Source: the human T2T-CHM13v2.0 reference genome, Homo sapiens
Length of the DNA stretch: 64,000 nt
Assembly: GCF_009914755.1 (NCBI RefSeq)
Contig: NC_060927.1
Strand: one strand, 5' to 3'
Position numbers and translations under genes: made by a program. Below, piece after piece: positions 1-15,239 of the stretch. How positions within the stretch are numbered: position 1 is the first letter of the stretch; the number at the start of each line of letters is the position of its first letter. The notes beneath the pieces were generated by a model that saw nothing but the letters and a program-made list of their open reading frames with translations, had not been told where the DNA came from and did no database searches.

Positions 1-99
1 GATAGAACGGAAGAGCCACGAAAGGCCCTTTGATTCCAATACGAAACAAATTATTACTCCCGGAATGGAACAAAATAAGCCAGAGAGGAATCTCAAGGC

Positions 100-285
100 C
101 ACCCACCATTCCTACCTGCGAGGCTGCCGCCGACGGCCCCGGGCCTGCCTATCCTGCGATCTTTGGCGGGGACACGGAGACACGGCACTGAGGGGCTCCG
201 GGCGACTGGGGCGGGGAAGTCGGAGTTCCTGGCCAACGGCCCGCGGGGGCCTGGATCCTTTGTTTGTTGGGGCACCCCAAGGTCA
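100..285. promoter_or_regulatory. Small CpG-rich patch at the window edge
   Basis: Dense CpGs, GC box GGGGCGGGG, and NR5A1-type sites TCAAGGCCA (93-101) and CCAAGGTCA (277-285). Confidence 0.4.
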
Positions 286-462
286 GTGGTCCTCAAACTT
301 GAGTGAGGGAGCCTCCGCATCTCGTGGAGAGCTTGTTACAGGGCGAATTCCTGGGCCCCACCTCCAGAGTTTTTGATTTTGCAGGTGGAGTGGAGGTTGA
401 GAATTTGCATTTTTTCAGGGAATGCTGGTGCTATCGGTCCAGGGAAAACTCTCTGAGAACCA
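284..462. mobile_element. MER5A-type hAT-Charlie DNA transposon relic
   Basis: CAGTGGTCCTCAAACTTGAG...GAATTTGCATTT...TGAGAACCA. Confidence 0.7.
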
Positions 463-1051
463 GCTAGTAAATATGGAGATGGAAGCAACTTGGCCTTGAG
501 TCTCCCACTACCACTATCCTGGCATTCAGATGGCTAAGTCCCAGAGAGGTCTGCAGTGGGTAAACTATCTAATACAGCCCTCCCACCCCCCACCTACGAA
601 GTCAACAAGTGATGCATGTGCCTAGCTTCTTTCATCCCCTTTGGAGCCTGTTTTTGATTGGTCACTCCTGTCCTATAGTGAACCAACCAAGTCCCACCCC
701 AAAACTCAGGGACTGGAATTTCCCAGCACCCTGGGCAGGTAAATGGGCAGCTGCCAAAGGCCTGTGAGAAAAAACTGGTAACAGCTTCAGGACTCCAGGC
801 AGCCTCTCTGGGGGATGCTTCTGCTCAAGTTGCCTAGCCTCTAGAGAAGGTTCCTGGCTCTCTGTCACTGGCCTGGGCCAGCAGTCATTCCTGGCAAGAG
901 GAGTTTGGGGGTGAGGGGTAGGGAGTAGGGAGTAGGAAGGGGAGACTGGTGGCTGGGGGGACAGTGGCAACAATTCTTGTTGGGGTAACATCAGAATTCC
1001 TGCCTGGCTTCTTGGAAACCATTCAGGGATCTAAAAGCCTGAAAGTGTTTC

Positions 1052-1365
1052 TTTTTTTGTTTGTTTGTTTTTTAGAGACAAGGTCTTGCTGCTGCCCAGG
1101 CTGGAGTGCAGCGGCACAATCATAGCTCCGCAGCCTCATACTACTGGGCTCCATGGATCCTCCCAAGTAGTTGGGATTATAGGCATGAGCCACCAAGCCC
1201 GGCCAGTGCCTAATTTTTAAATTCTTTGTAGAGATGGTGGGGGGCGGGGAGGGGGTGGTCTCGTTATGTTGCCCAGGCTGGTCTCAAACTCCTGGCCTCA
1301 AGTTATCCTCCCGTTTCTGCCGCTCAAAATGCTGGGATAACAGGCATGAGCCACCGCACCCAGCC
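1052..1365 (-). mobile_element. Alu (AluJ-like, internally deleted, G-rich insert)
   Basis: Antisense Alu motifs CCCAGGCTGGAGTGCAG...GGCATGAGCCACCGCACCCAGCC. Confidence 0.9.
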
Positions 1366-1415
1366 ATGTGTTTTAGGTGCAGGATGTGTGGGATGAGGGC
1401 TTCCCTAGAGTAAAC

Positions 1416-1592
1416 CATTTGTTTTCAAACTTGAGTTTGCATCCGGATCACCTGGAGGCCTTCGTAAGACAGACTGCTGGCTCCACCCTAGAGTTGCTGA
1501 TTCAGTGGGGCTGAGGTGGGGTTGAGAGTTTGCATTTCTAACAAGGTCCTAGGTGCTGCTGATGATTTGGGTTCCACACTTTGAAAATCACA
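1416..1592. mobile_element. MER5A
   Basis: TTTTCAAACTTGAG...ATCACCTGGAGG...TTTGCATTTCTAACAAG...CACACTTTGAAAATCAC. Confidence 0.75.
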
Positions 1593-2158
1593 GCCCTAGA
1601 CTTCATTTGGGATCTCCAAGCCCTCTCTATAGTTTCAAATGTCATGGTATCTGTCCCCAGCCCCACTCTCTGGACATCCTCCATCAGTCACTGGTCTTTG
1701 TGTTGATCACCTTTCTCCGCTTTTGAAAAGGCAGTTTGGTCTTGTCTTGTGCTGCCTGTGCTCTCTGGTTCTGGAAGCAGGAAACAGCTCTCAGGGTGAT
1801 TCAGCCATGGGAAGAGCAGCATCCCTCATACCCCACCCTCATTCTTGCACCCAGCCAGGCAGGACAGCTCCCTTCTATTTGCTGCCATCCCTCACCCTCT
1901 ATAATTGCTTGAGTCCTAGCCCTGGGTTAAGCTAAAAAGAATAGACAGCTGAGGAAAGATCCCTTTAATAGGCACCTTAGTATCCATGCAAGGCCAAGCC
2001 TAGAGGGGTTGCTGTTGCATTTCTCCCAGTGACAAGATCTCTGAAGTGATCCTTCTTTTTTTACCTTGTGCTTTGCACATCATAGCTATTTATGAACTAT
2101 TTGTTGATTGACTAATTGCTTAGGGAAAACTATAAGGAAGGGAAACAAAGCAAAATAA

Positions 2159-2638
<480 letters not shown>

Positions 2639-3001
2639 TAATTCGGGTTTTTTTGGGGGGGCTTTGAGACTACCCTGGCAAGCTGGAGACCCTGGAAAAG
2701 AAGGGGCTGGTGGTCTATAGGGGCCTGAGGGTCAGCTGAGGCCATGCGGAGCCATCCTATGTTCTGGTGCCTCAGGATTTCCAGAAAGGCAAGTTTTTTA
2801 CAAAAGGAACTTAACATAACATTTATGTCAAGAAGTTTAGAAAATGTCAAATGTGAATAATCATGGCATTTGAAATTTGGACTAGGGTATGTCCAATTTA
2901 GATGAAAATAAGCCATGTGCAAACCATTAGATTTTAATAATTTTTCTCTTCATTGGTTATTTTGAAGCTATATCTTTAGCAAATGGCTAAATTGGCTGTA
3001 G

Positions 3002-3321
<320 letters not shown>

Positions 3322-3414
3322 TGTGGTTCTTAACCTTAGCTGTACATTGGAATCACCAGCATTGCTTAAAAAAATAATCTCAATACCCTGGCTACACCCA
3401 AGACATGGAGGTAA

Positions 3415-3739
<325 letters not shown>

Positions 3740-4954
3740 TTAAAGCCCCTGAGGCAATTTTGTAGTGCAGCTAGGATCAAAAATCCTTGAGCTATTGATT
3801 GAGTGGTTGGACAGGCTATATTGAAACAAATGACTTTCTGGGGTGTCTGCTTAGCCTCTCATGAGTGCCATGACTGCCCTCTTCCCACAAGGAGGGACCA
3901 TCAGAAGCTACCAGCAGACCCTCTTCCTCAGCTCCAGTTGACAGGACTGGGGTGTATCTCCAGGACAGTACCTGACCCAGGATACCAATCAGCTTTCTCA
4001 CACAGGAAGATTGAATTGACACTCAGAAATTATAGCTGTCGCTGGAGCTCCTCTCTCAAATGGAGCAGAGGGGAGACCTGACCAGAGCAGCAAGAAAAGT
4101 TGGTTCTTGCCATCACCTCAGCTCCTGTTGCAGCATAGCCCTTCAGGGAGTCTGGCTACCACCCTGCCTGGGTCTCCAGGGGTCACTCATGAATCCTTAT
4201 AAAAACACCCCCCACCCCAGCCACCTGTTTGGTTTAAAGCCAGCTCTAGTGGGTTTATGTTACTTGTGACCAAAGAGGCCTGCCGTGTGCACAGACAACA
4301 GCCCATCAAAAGCACATAAAAACAAATATGTATTCACTTCCCCCACCACAGTTACACCCAAGCTCTTTCTCATTCCATGTGGTCCCAACGGAAGACTGTT
4401 TGGAATCTGCATTTTCTGGAGTCCACCTGGAGAAACCTGTTTTCAATTCAATTGAGAACTGCAGTGATTCCCTAATGTGGCTCCACAGGCTTCTTCAGAA
4501 TCACCTGGAGGAACTACAGATACACACAGATTGCCAAGCGCCATCTCCAGAGGCAGAAGCTGTTTAGTTTGAAGATGATCTTGAAATCTGTGTTTTAAAA
4601 ACTTTTTTCCATGAAATTTTGATGTGCAGTTGATTCTACTGGGATCAGGCTGGTTGGGTTAATTTTTTAAAAAATTAAATTCCTCTTTAACTGCATCCTA
4701 GATGGAGGTGGTGTTGCTATCAACCTATCATTTCTGGGAGATGGATTTTGGAGGCATTTTGTCTGGGAGATGGATAAGGGCCTAGTCTGTGGATGAACTA
4801 AACAGAGCCCAGTGAGGTTCAGGCTCGTTGGAGTACATGTAAACATCAATCAGGCCAAAGGGACTTTTCCAGGTTGGCTGCTTGAGCTGGTCAAATGAAC
4901 CAGATCATTTACTTTGCCTTCTGAGCTCTGTAGACACAACCAAAAGAATAAAAA

Positions 4955-4956
<2 letters not shown>

Positions 4957-4986
<30 letters not shown>
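4957..4986. repeat. (TG)n microsatellite
   Basis: Read directly. Confidence 0.95.
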
Positions 4987-4988
<2 letters not shown>

Positions 4989-5344
4989 GGCAGCAAATAT
5001 ACCTTTTACTCTAGAAACAAAAATATCATTTCTGACCCAACAATAGCCGGATCCCTGTGAATGAAGGGTTTGCATATTTTCCTGTTTTAACGGTTCTAGT
5101 ATAAACAGCCCAAGCCCAGGCCTGATTGTCAGAAGGTCCTGAGCAGCCCAACCAGAATGCTGGAAATGACTCCTTCAGCCCTGAGGACCTGGATCCGGCT
5201 TAGTGCCAGGATTTGAGCTTGTGTTTAACAGTAGCAATGGGGTCAGAAGTTGAGGGAGAGGGCAATTGCAGTGGTCCCCAAGACCACAGCTAATGCCAGA
5301 ACAACAGCAATAGCAGCTGCAGAGCCAAAAGAAGCAGTAGCTAT

Positions 5345-5530
5345 GGTGTATTGATAATTTATCTGTACAGCCCTAGGCTAAGTGTGTCATTTGTTTGAAT
5401 ACTTACAAAAGCTTGATGTGGTAGGCATTATTATTCCAATTTTTAGAATGAGGTTCAGGGAAGTTGAGCAGCTTTTCTGAGGTCACACAGCTTTTAAGGG
5501 GAAGACCCAGGATTACATGAAGGCATGTTT
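5345..5530 (-). mobile_element. MIR
   Basis: ATTATTATTCCAATTTTTAGAATGAGGTTCAGGGAAGTTGAGCAGC...GAGGTCACACAGC core. Confidence 0.7.
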
Positions 5531-5757
5531 GACTTCTAACCATTACAAGACACTGTACACAGTAGCCCAGGTCACAAACATCATCTTGTGTGCCAGTTGG
5601 GGATACAGGGCTTTGGTCCTAGAAGCGGGCTAGGACAGCTCTTCAGACACATTGCTGGTTCCTGCCGTCTTTCAAGATGTCCCTCTCACCACCCCAGCTA
5701 CACTGGTCTCCAGCAGAGGGAGATGGCTGGCAGCAGGGGCTAGAAGGCCCTCTTCTA

Positions 5758-6195
<438 letters not shown>

Positions 6196-6959
6196 TCAAC
6201 TACTGATTATATGATTATATATTAACTGATCCAGACGGATCCAGAGAGTGTGGCTTAAGGAGACTTTCCTGGGCCTAAAACAGATAATTGGTGCTGGTGT
6301 ATAACAAAATTATGGTTCATCCAAAGGATGGATTATTAAGCAATAATTGAAAATCATTTTTCAAAGAATAAGATATGGAGAAAAACCCTATGGCGAAAGG
6401 TTTAAACAAGCAGGATACAAAACTGCAAATTTTATGTATATTTGTTAATTATGGAAATTAGACTTATTTTAATTGAAATATATAAATAAAAGACTGGAAA
6501 GATGCCATCGAAATGTTAACCATGGTTACCTTGTGGGAGGAGGGATGGGATTATTGTAGCGTTGGTGTTTTTTGTGCATTTTAATGTTTTATTTTCCCAA
6601 TTTTCTTCAGTTTCAATTATCTTTGTGAGGGGAAAAGTGAAAATGTTAAAGTCCTAATACATAGCACTGGAAATGCATAGATATGATGACTGAGTAATTT
6701 TTACCCCACCCTGTCTAGAATGGATGCAGCAGGCAGAAGTGTCTCTTCGCCTCACTGCCTAAAGTTTATTTCAAGGGCAAGAATGGGGGCCTCTGGAATC
6801 AGTTCTGTCTCGGCAGAACCTGAGCTAGGCCTGTGCCGTGCGGGTAGGGAGCAGCCCCTTCCGGTCGTCGAGGCGCTCTTAATTTGGTTGGAGAGACAAG
6901 TGCACTACAAGAAACAGAGGCAGCCAAGCGCCTGGGCCACCATCAAGTAAGGTTGAAAA

Positions 6960-9900
6960 GGGGAGGGCAGGTAGATCGGGACCCGTGGGCGCCAATCAAT
7001 GCTATGGTGGCGGAGAGTAAAGGGGACGAACACAGCCTGGGGCCATCCCCGGAGTCCCCCAGCGTCCGCCTGTGGCCGTGCCTGGTTGGCCGCGGATCCC
7101 GGCGGGCGCCGCAAAGCGGCGGGATTGCCAGCGCAGAGCTCCGGCTCTCTGCCTTGTCCCTGGGTCCGAGCACCGGAGCCTCTGGTGTCTGCGGGGAGAA
7201 GTCTCGGATTGAGAAATACGGGAGGGTCTCGTCAGTGGCTGCAGGTGCGGCAGCCACTCTGGGGACCCAGTGAGAATGGGGTCGCCTGGCTCTGCGCGAA
7301 CCCCTCACGTGGGTGCAGCTCCTGAGCCGCCGAGGGAGGCGGTGGTAATGTCGCCCAGTGCCAGCAGAGGGCAGCCTCGAGGCCGTGAGCCCGAACGGCG
7401 ACCTCGCCAAACCGCGGGCTCCCTTCCAGCTCCCGGATTCTGCGGGGTAGAGGCGGCCTTGGAGCCCAGAGACCAGCGACCTCAGTCTGCAGGAGCCCGG
7501 CGCAGAGGCCCAAGGGCACCCCCGGGATGTGGTCAAGCTACAGCCCTTAGGCAGCCTCACTCTGCGACGGCAAGGGCTTAGAGGGTGGAGGGGGACCAGA
7601 TGCCTTAGGAGGGGTTAGAAAGCCAACGCACACAGGGAATTTGTTTTCAAGCAACAGATTCCAAGCATGTGGAAACCTTTTAAATGATGCTGGTGAGAGC
7701 TATGATAGTTTTCGCATTCTTGGCGAGGGAAGTCGGAGGCTAGTAGCGGGATGGCTCCTGGGCGCGCGGGAGACAGAGGGACCAGCGATCCTTGCTGGGG
7801 GCAGAGGGACTGTGGACCAAGGATCCAGACACACTTAATTGGGGATTCCAGTCCCGACTGTGGCCACTCAACTGGCGTTGAACTTGAGCAACTCACTATA
7901 CCGCTCTAGCCTCCGACTAATCACTTCTGTAAAATGGGCATTGTGGGCTCCGAGTCTCGTAAGGGCGCTAGGGATTCGAGACAGCAGGAATTTCCTCACT
8001 GCTCCAGCAACCCTGGGTTCCTGGGTTTGTAGGTGGGCTGAAAGGATCCTTTCATCGCACGTTTGCCTGGCGTGGCTGCTTTAGAGACCGAGGCCCGCCA
8101 GGCTTTGCAACCCAGTTGCGCGTGGTCAGCCATGGCCGTGGAACCGCCGGGATCGCCTCAGCGGCACTCCGGCCAGCTCCCGACTTCCCGCCCTGGGCAC
8201 TAGGGTCACCCAGCTCCAGAAGATAGTGCTTATCAGCACAGGAATTGAGACCCCACACCCGGCGCAGTGGGTCTCCCAGGAAGCCTGGCGAAGAGCCAAG
8301 GCCCGCCGGACCTGAGGTCGCCTGGGGCGCTAAACAGACCCATCTATGAGCACATTCGGCCAACACACCCAAGTTCAACAGTGGGCGGGATCTTTGGCTG
8401 GCCTCGATCTCTCTCACAGTGTGTGCAAACGGGTACCCATTAGATTCTTTTTGCTTGTTTCCTCATCTGTAAACTTTGAAAGGAGAGTATTTCCCGGTGT
8501 GATTCTGAAAATCATGCCAGAACTGAAAAGGCCTGTGTAAATGCGAGGTGTAATGATGACTTATTAGAAGCAGCCAGCCCTGTACGTGCCTGTAGGATAG
8601 ATGCTAGAACGTTCTACAAATGTGTGCACATACACATCACGTATGTGTGAAGGTGCACACCTGTCCCTAGACACAGGACAAATGCACACACGTATGCGTG
8701 TACCTCTGGCTGAGAGCAAAGGGGCTAATACAGGGCTCATACAGGACATCATCCTGCAGTCTTGTGCGTGCACAGTACACACGCGAGCACGACTGTCTGT
8801 GCCTGGAGACACCGTATGGCACCGGAGGAGCTGCTCAGCCGTCGGTGCCACCTGGGAAGTAGGGTTTCGGGTGCTGCTCTGGAGCGCGGGAAAGTCCGGA
8901 TCCGGGTCTGCTGGTCAGCGCTTCGGCGCCGCCGGGCTCCTTTATCTCTCATCCGCCGGCCGGTGAGCGGCTCCAGTTTCAAGACCCCCGATCCTGCCGG
9001 TGAGGGGAGGGAGCGGAGAAGGAGTGCGCTCCGGGCCCAAGAGGCTGCAGGGCCCCACTCCCCAGGTCTGTCGTCCTTCCTTTATCTCCTCAGGTCACAC
9101 CCCCACTTAAAATAAAGAAGGGTGCCTGACTCATTCAGGTCAGGGAAGTCGGCCCCCGGGAGCCTCCTGCCCTCACAAGCCATGGTGAAGGGAGGCGAAG
9201 CCAGGGTTTGCCACGGCCTGGGAGAAAATGCGGCTGCAGGGTCTCTTTGGGCTGCAGCGCTGGCCCGGGGCCCCAAGACTGTTAAGGTGTGTGTGGGAGG
9301 CGCGCAGTGTGGCTACCGAAGAGCCCTCCATCACCGCACCGGCAGGCCGCCGGGCTCGTCCTCCTCTCATGCTTCCAAGGGTTCTGAGCTGCGCAGCACT
9401 CGCATCACCCAGAAGTGTCTGTGGAGAAAACGACCTCAGGTGTAAGCCCAAGGCTGCTGCCTGCAAAGGCAATGCCGTGGAGACTGGGTTCCACAGCGAC
9501 CTGGGTTTTTAAGTCACCGAAAGCTACAGGGCAGGGTCACAAACACTCTCCCGCCTTCTCTGCAGAACCGTGCGGCTGACAGGAGAGCGTTGCGCAGAAA
9601 ATTCGAGGCCGGGCGCTGGAGGAGTCTCCGCGGCCCGGAGAAGGCACAGAGGCGCCCCTGAGAGGCGCAGCTGGAACAGGCGATGCACGGGTTCGGATCT
9701 GGCCGGCCAACCGAGCCCAGCGGTCGCGAAAACCAGAGTCGCCACAGAGGTTGAGCACGATTCCATTTCTGGGGATCGGGTCCGGTGGGGAGCCACTGTC
9801 CCTAACGCCTCCAGAGACTTTAAGTAGGACAATATAATGCTGGTAGGAGCAAGGTGCAAGGAATTTAGCGGCAGAAGCCTTTCGGGGGGGTGGGGAAAGG

Positions 9901-11260
9901 CAGATCCGTGCCTCGTCTGAGCCTGGGGGTGGGGACAGCCCCTGGCCTTGTAGCCCCTGTTCCGGGGATCAGCTGGGCCCACCTAACCCCCCTACATGGG
10001 GTTGAAAGGGGCCAATGGGACGGCCCCGCCGCCCCTCCCTCGGGATTCCACAGGGCCCTGACCCGGCCTTTATCTCTGCACGGTCAGCAGTCGCGGGGGC
10101 TTCAGGAAGGAGGACAAAGGCCCGGTGTCACCGCGGGCGGGGGCTCGGTTTCCTGGCTCTCTGCTCACACTCACAGCCTTTAGCGGTTGTTGGGGGAAGA
10201 TTTTTAAAAATATGTGTCGAATTTCCTTTTTTTCTCTTCTAGAAACAAACAAACAAAAAAGGCAAAAGGCGAATTCCCCTTCACTCCTCGTCCATAGAGA
10301 TTAAAGTTTCCTGGGATCCTGCCCTTTTTTTTTCCTTGACTGCCTAGAAATACTTGTTCTCCCTTGTACATAGAGGAAAATGCGGGGAAAGGTTTTTTAA
10401 AACTCGGTTTCATACTATTATTATTACTAAGGACAACCGGGCAGGCTGAGGTCCCAACGTGGATGATCCGAGTTGGCCTCGCGCCGGGGCTCTGCAGCCA
10501 CTGCCCTGTGCGCTCAGCACCTCTGGGGGCGATCAGGGCCCCTGCGCTTCCGCCCGCCGCCCGACAGTCGAGAGCACCCTGTGCCCAGACTGGCCGACTC
10601 ATTCTCCCCCGAATTTTGTTTAGAGCTGGCAAGGGGGACTTAGCTCGCGCCCCAAGAGCTGGGCTTGCAGCGCCGCCAACAGGCCCGGGGACACGAGGCG
10701 CTCCAGGCCGGGGTCTTCCCGGCTGCTGGCCCCTCTCGCTCCCCACCCGCTGGCGGCGCCTCGGTCGCCCGCAATTGACCCAACCCGCTTCCTGCGTTTG
10801 CCCCTCAGGTTTCCCGTTTCTCCACAAAGGCCTAGGGGAGCCTCGCCCACAGGCTGACCCTGCAACCTCTGGCCCGGTGGCTACCTTCTGCTTTTCTGAA
10901 AAAGAAAAGGAAAAAAAAAAAAAAAGAAAAAATCAACCAGTCGAGGGAGGCGCGTGAGGACTGGAGGCGCCAGCCGGACAGCCTATGAGTAGGTCCCTGG
11001 GTCGGTGCCGCTTCGCGGGTCAGCACGGCCTTTCTCAGAGAAAACCTCCTAAACGTGTGAAGACCGCTTTGGGGGAAGCGAGAGGGAGGTTGGAGGAGCC
11101 CCGGGCGGGGTCTCAGCGCCCACCAGCTGTGCCTTCAGGGCTTGGGTGTTCGCTGCAACGGCAACCGCGTGAGCCTCACTCCCACGGCCAAGGGGCTAGG
11201 GCAGGGTGGATGCAATCGCGTGCGCCTGGCCCCGGAAGGTGCTCGCAGGGGGTGCCTGTG
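6960..11260. promoter_or_regulatory. Cluster of CpG islands downstream of FOXL2 (~6960-7570, 8050-8330, 8860-10150, 10430-11260)
   Basis: High GC and high CpG density in non-repeat sequence. Confidence 0.8.
7360..7376 (+). promoter_or_regulatory. Candidate CTCF site
   Basis: GCCAGCAGAGGGCAGC matches the CTCF core CCASYAGRKGGCRS. Confidence 0.5.
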
Positions 11261-11756
11261 GCCAGCTGGGTTAGGAAGTCAAATCCTAGAAAGTTATTAC
11301 TAAAGGTTTTTTTTTCCCCCTTCCTTTCTTCTTTCCTTTTTTGCTTCCTTCCTTCCTTTTTTTTTTTTAATAGGGGAAGGGAAAAAACATTATTGAACAT
11401 CTACTATAAACTGGGCACTTAAAAATTAGAAAATTTAATTATTTTAATAATTCTGATACACGCACGTATTTCTATTTTATAGAGGAGAACACTGAAATTT
11501 GAATGGGTATTTTGCCCAAGGTTACATAGTTGTTAAAGAGGACACCAGGCTCCAACCCAGTTCTTCCTGACTAAACAGGCCAGGTCTTTGCCTCATGCTG
11601 CACAGGCCACCTCCGCGAAGTGACAAGATCCCAGAACATGCTTTTCACAGCTCAGCACCAAGCCTGTGCGGCAAACAGCCTGTGCAGCAGCAGTTTCTGT
11701 GGTACAGAAACAAACAAAAAAGGCAAAAGGCACAGCTCAGACTGTGCTTCCTTCTT

Positions 11757-11804
11757 CTCCTGGGAGGCTCTCCCTTACTACTCCTGGGAGGCTCTCCCTT
11801 ACTA
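11757..11804. repeat. Perfect 24-bp tandem duplication CTCCTGGGAGGCTCTCCCTTACTA x2
   Basis: Read directly. Confidence 0.95.
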
Positions 11805-12444
11805 CGCAGCTCCCTTGAGCATCAGTGGCAGCTAGGCTCAGCTGCTGTCAAGTCTCCTTTAAAAATTTCGGAGGCCATTTGCCTCACAGATACCTGGAAG
11901 ACCTCTGGTTGGTCTCTTCTCTTCTTAGGACCTGAGATTCCTCAAATGTAATGTAATTTTGGGTTCCTAGACCCAAGACACTCTTTTTATGACAGCTGGG
12001 AGTCCTCTCTCCAGAAAGTGGAAAGTTGCTAAGACTGCTCGGTTTTAAGAATCCTTAATTCCTGGTTGTCCCGAAGGCATGGGGCTCTTAGTCCCATCCT
12101 TTCCCCATCTTTTCTATGGGTCCCACAGTCTACTCCAAGAAGTAGGGGCTGCCACACAGTGGTGGTAGGCCTGACGGGCAGGGCCCCAGGGTCACCACCA
12201 GGTTAGATCTGCAGAATGGGGACACTGCAGGGATGCTGAGCCTGATCAAGATGTTTCCTGGCCTTAGACCCCCACCCAGAAGCCAGGAGTCTGGTCCGGT
12301 GATCCTGTCCATGAAGCCTGGCCCAGACCTTCATAAAGGGAAGAGCTCAGTTGAGAGCAAACTATCTTGGGCCAGACTCAGATTCCTGGCCCATATTCTG
12401 CTTGTCTGGCTGCATGAAGCCTGGGTCTGGCCCCAATTTCCACC

Positions 12445-12461
12445 CGCCGCCAGGGGGCTCC
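12445..12461 (+). promoter_or_regulatory. Candidate CTCF site
   Basis: CGCCGCCAGGGGGCTCC. Confidence 0.45.
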
Positions 12462-14368
12462 TTGCAGCCCCATCTCCAGCCTTGGCTTCCAGGAAACCCT
12501 GGCAAAGGCTGGATGCACCTAACCTCGGATGAAAGGTCCAGGGCCTCTTGCTCATCTAAGCCTCAGATCTGGAGCAGTGAACTATTTACTGATGCAAGCT
12601 GGAAACAGGCCGTCAATACCCTCTGGAGTAGGGTACAGGACCATCTCCAGAACTCCGTAGGTCCCTTTCCCACAGTCCCTTGGTGCATGTACTTCAATGG
12701 CGAAGATTTCTCCAGGTCCCTCTTGAGAACAGGACACCTCCCCCTGCTTTCTCCAAACCAACCCACTTACTCTGACTGGGCAATTTTAGTGAGGTGGAGG
12801 TGACTCTAAGAATTTCTGTGTAAATGTGAGGAGAGGGCTCATACTGTCAGCAGTGTGTGAGATGTTTACACCCACCACACACATAATCTTCATGCAAGAA
12901 CGACTCATTACCCAGGACATTCAGAAATTGGCTGGGTATTTGTATTAAACTCTATTTACATTGTATTTACACACTGGCCAATATATATACACACACTCAC
13001 ATGGCCCAGCCATCTAGGCCAGACTGTATATGCTAAGGCATAATTGCTATATAACTCAAATACTTTTGCCCTCAGGAATTGCTTAAATCAGCTTCTATAA
13101 TAGAAACTCAAAAGTGCGAAGAGGGAGAGAAGAGAAAGGAAATGAGAGATGAAGAAAGCCTGCCATTGAACTAAACTTTCGGCCCTGGGGAAAATGACCA
13201 AACTTAAGAGCTTTGGAGAAATCCCGAGGGCTGGAGTTAGACAGATTTTTCCTATGGGCATCCATGGGGAAGTGGGGTATGATTTGGCTCCCTTCTCTCA
13301 CCTCCTTCAATCCCTGTGTAGACCCAGGAAACCCTCACTGATTGCTTCATTTTGTCTTCCTTACTTGGTGAGGCTGCTGCTCTCTTCCCAGCCTTGGGTG
13401 CCTTTTGCCTTTCAGTTCTCGGGGAGGAGACAGGCTGGTCCTTCATTGCTGGCCCCGGCCAACTTCTCCGTCTCACTGGAGGTGGGCTGCTACCTGCCCA
13501 CCAGGGCTTGGTCCTGGAAGCTTCCCTCCCTTGCTTTCTCTGCTTGAGACGGCAGTTGGGGGAGTGCTGACAGCCAGCTTCAGAACAGGGAGCCTCTGCC
13601 TGATGAAGCAAAGGCTCTGTCCATATTACTTTATTTTTCAGCAAGCCAGGAATACACACCCACAAATGCACACATCACCAATGAGGTATGAATGCCACAC
13701 ACACTGTGGTCCCAGTAAGCACTTCCTAAGTGTTAGCCATATGATTATTACAATGCCAAAAATATATGCCCACTCTGCAGGCGAATGACAGACACACACA
13801 CCTCCCACCCTGTCACCAATACACAACTGACACTGTACACACACATTTGCAGCAGATACAGACTACACAATTACTTGCCCATGGGCTAAATTTTCACGCT
13901 AGACAAAGCACAAACAGACATGCACACAGCAGGCTGCTTTCTGTTCTGCAACTCCCCTTAGCCAGATAGTGGAGCAGCCGGGCACCAAAGGCACCCAGAC
14001 ACCAGGCCTGACCAGCCTCTAGGGCTTCCTGCTCCAGCTGAGCCTCCCTCTCCATCCTGCTCCTGCCGGTTCCTGGTAAGCTCCAGTCCCAGTCTTGAGG
14101 TGATGCCCCCTGAGAATCCCCGTGGCTTAGTCTCCTGCCTTGTAGCCTCTCGCAGGATGCCTGTGGGGGGCGGGGGGCATTCTGAGCAGAAGCCACTTGG
14201 GCCCAACTATACATAACAGGATACCACCCTGAGGTTCCTACCGCCTGACCACTGGAGGGCTGAAGTGAGAGGCCTGCAGGCTCATTCCCGTGGCGCAAAA
14301 CCGCTCCTGGCCCACCAGCCGGCCTGGACCTGCCGCCACATTGCTGGCCAGGCCCCGAGATAGACGGC

Positions 14369-14384
14369 GGGGGGGGGGGGGGGG
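14369..14384. repeat. G16 homopolymer
   Basis: Read directly. Confidence 0.95.
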
Positions 14385-15233
14385 CAGTGAGGGCTGGGTG
14401 CGGGGTCTAGTCTCAGCTGAGCAGCAGCCCGCAAGAACCGGCGGATCTATCCTATCAGAAGTCGGAAGTCATCTATCCCATCAGAAGAGTGAAAGCCGAC
14501 CACCCCCTAATCCGCCTGGGAGAACCAGACTGCAACCAGGTCAAACGCCTGTGTGCCTGCGCGGAAGCATGGATCTTAATTCGTTATTTGGGGATCTCAG
14601 TAAAGGAAGAGAGAGAAAGAAAAAAGACTAAATTTCTGCAGCCGCGAAGTATGTTCAATCCTTACTGAAACCTCCAAATCTCCTACCCATATCTCAAGGG
14701 AAATGAATTCTGACTATTAAAAATAATAAAGCAGTCACTTCTCACATTTGTACAGAGGTTAGCAGTTTGCAGCGCATTTCCACAACCAGAATTTTATCTA
14801 TTAATGTTTGGAACAAACTCTTGGCTGTTATAGTTGACTCAAAATCGAAAAGTTTGAGAACAATAATAAAAACACAGCCAGCCCATACACCTAGTACAAC
14901 TGTGTATGAGGTAGAATACAAACTTGAATAGGTACAAAAATAAACCAAGTCCTACCTACAGTCGCGCCTTGTGAACGAACCACGGCAGAAAAAGTCTTTC
15001 TGCTGACGTTAAACAGCCGCAACGGGCCAGTGATGACACAGAAAACAAACAATCCCAGGAAAACAAAGCAGCAGCGACAGCCACAAACGCCTGCCACCCC
15101 GGTTGCTCTCAATCTTTGTTTAACTCATTCCGAAAAAGATAAAATTTTGCTGAAAATCTTCCTCTTTTAACTAGCTGCTGAACTAAGGAGCGACAGAAAT
15201 AAAGAAGTCCGTGTTAAAAGAAGGAACACAAAA

Positions 15234-15239
15234 TTTATT
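15234..15239 (-). terminator. FOXL2: FOXL2 main polyadenylation signal (AATAAA), giving a 3' UTR of ~1.37 kb
   Basis: TTTATT on + at 15234-15239, fitting my recollection of the annotated FOXL2 3' end near 15215. A second, proximal AATAAA lies at 15625-15630. Confidence 0.8.

Noticed and set aside
8600-8810. Degenerate CA/TG-rich tracts (also 13650-13930 and 18890-19070)
   Set aside because: Low-complexity decayed microsatellite-like DNA with no shared unit between copies.
6943-11422. Many 100-200 aa ORFs in the downstream CpG islands
   Set aside because: Arg/Pro/Gly-rich on both strands, as expected from stop-codon scarcity; no coherent exon structure found.
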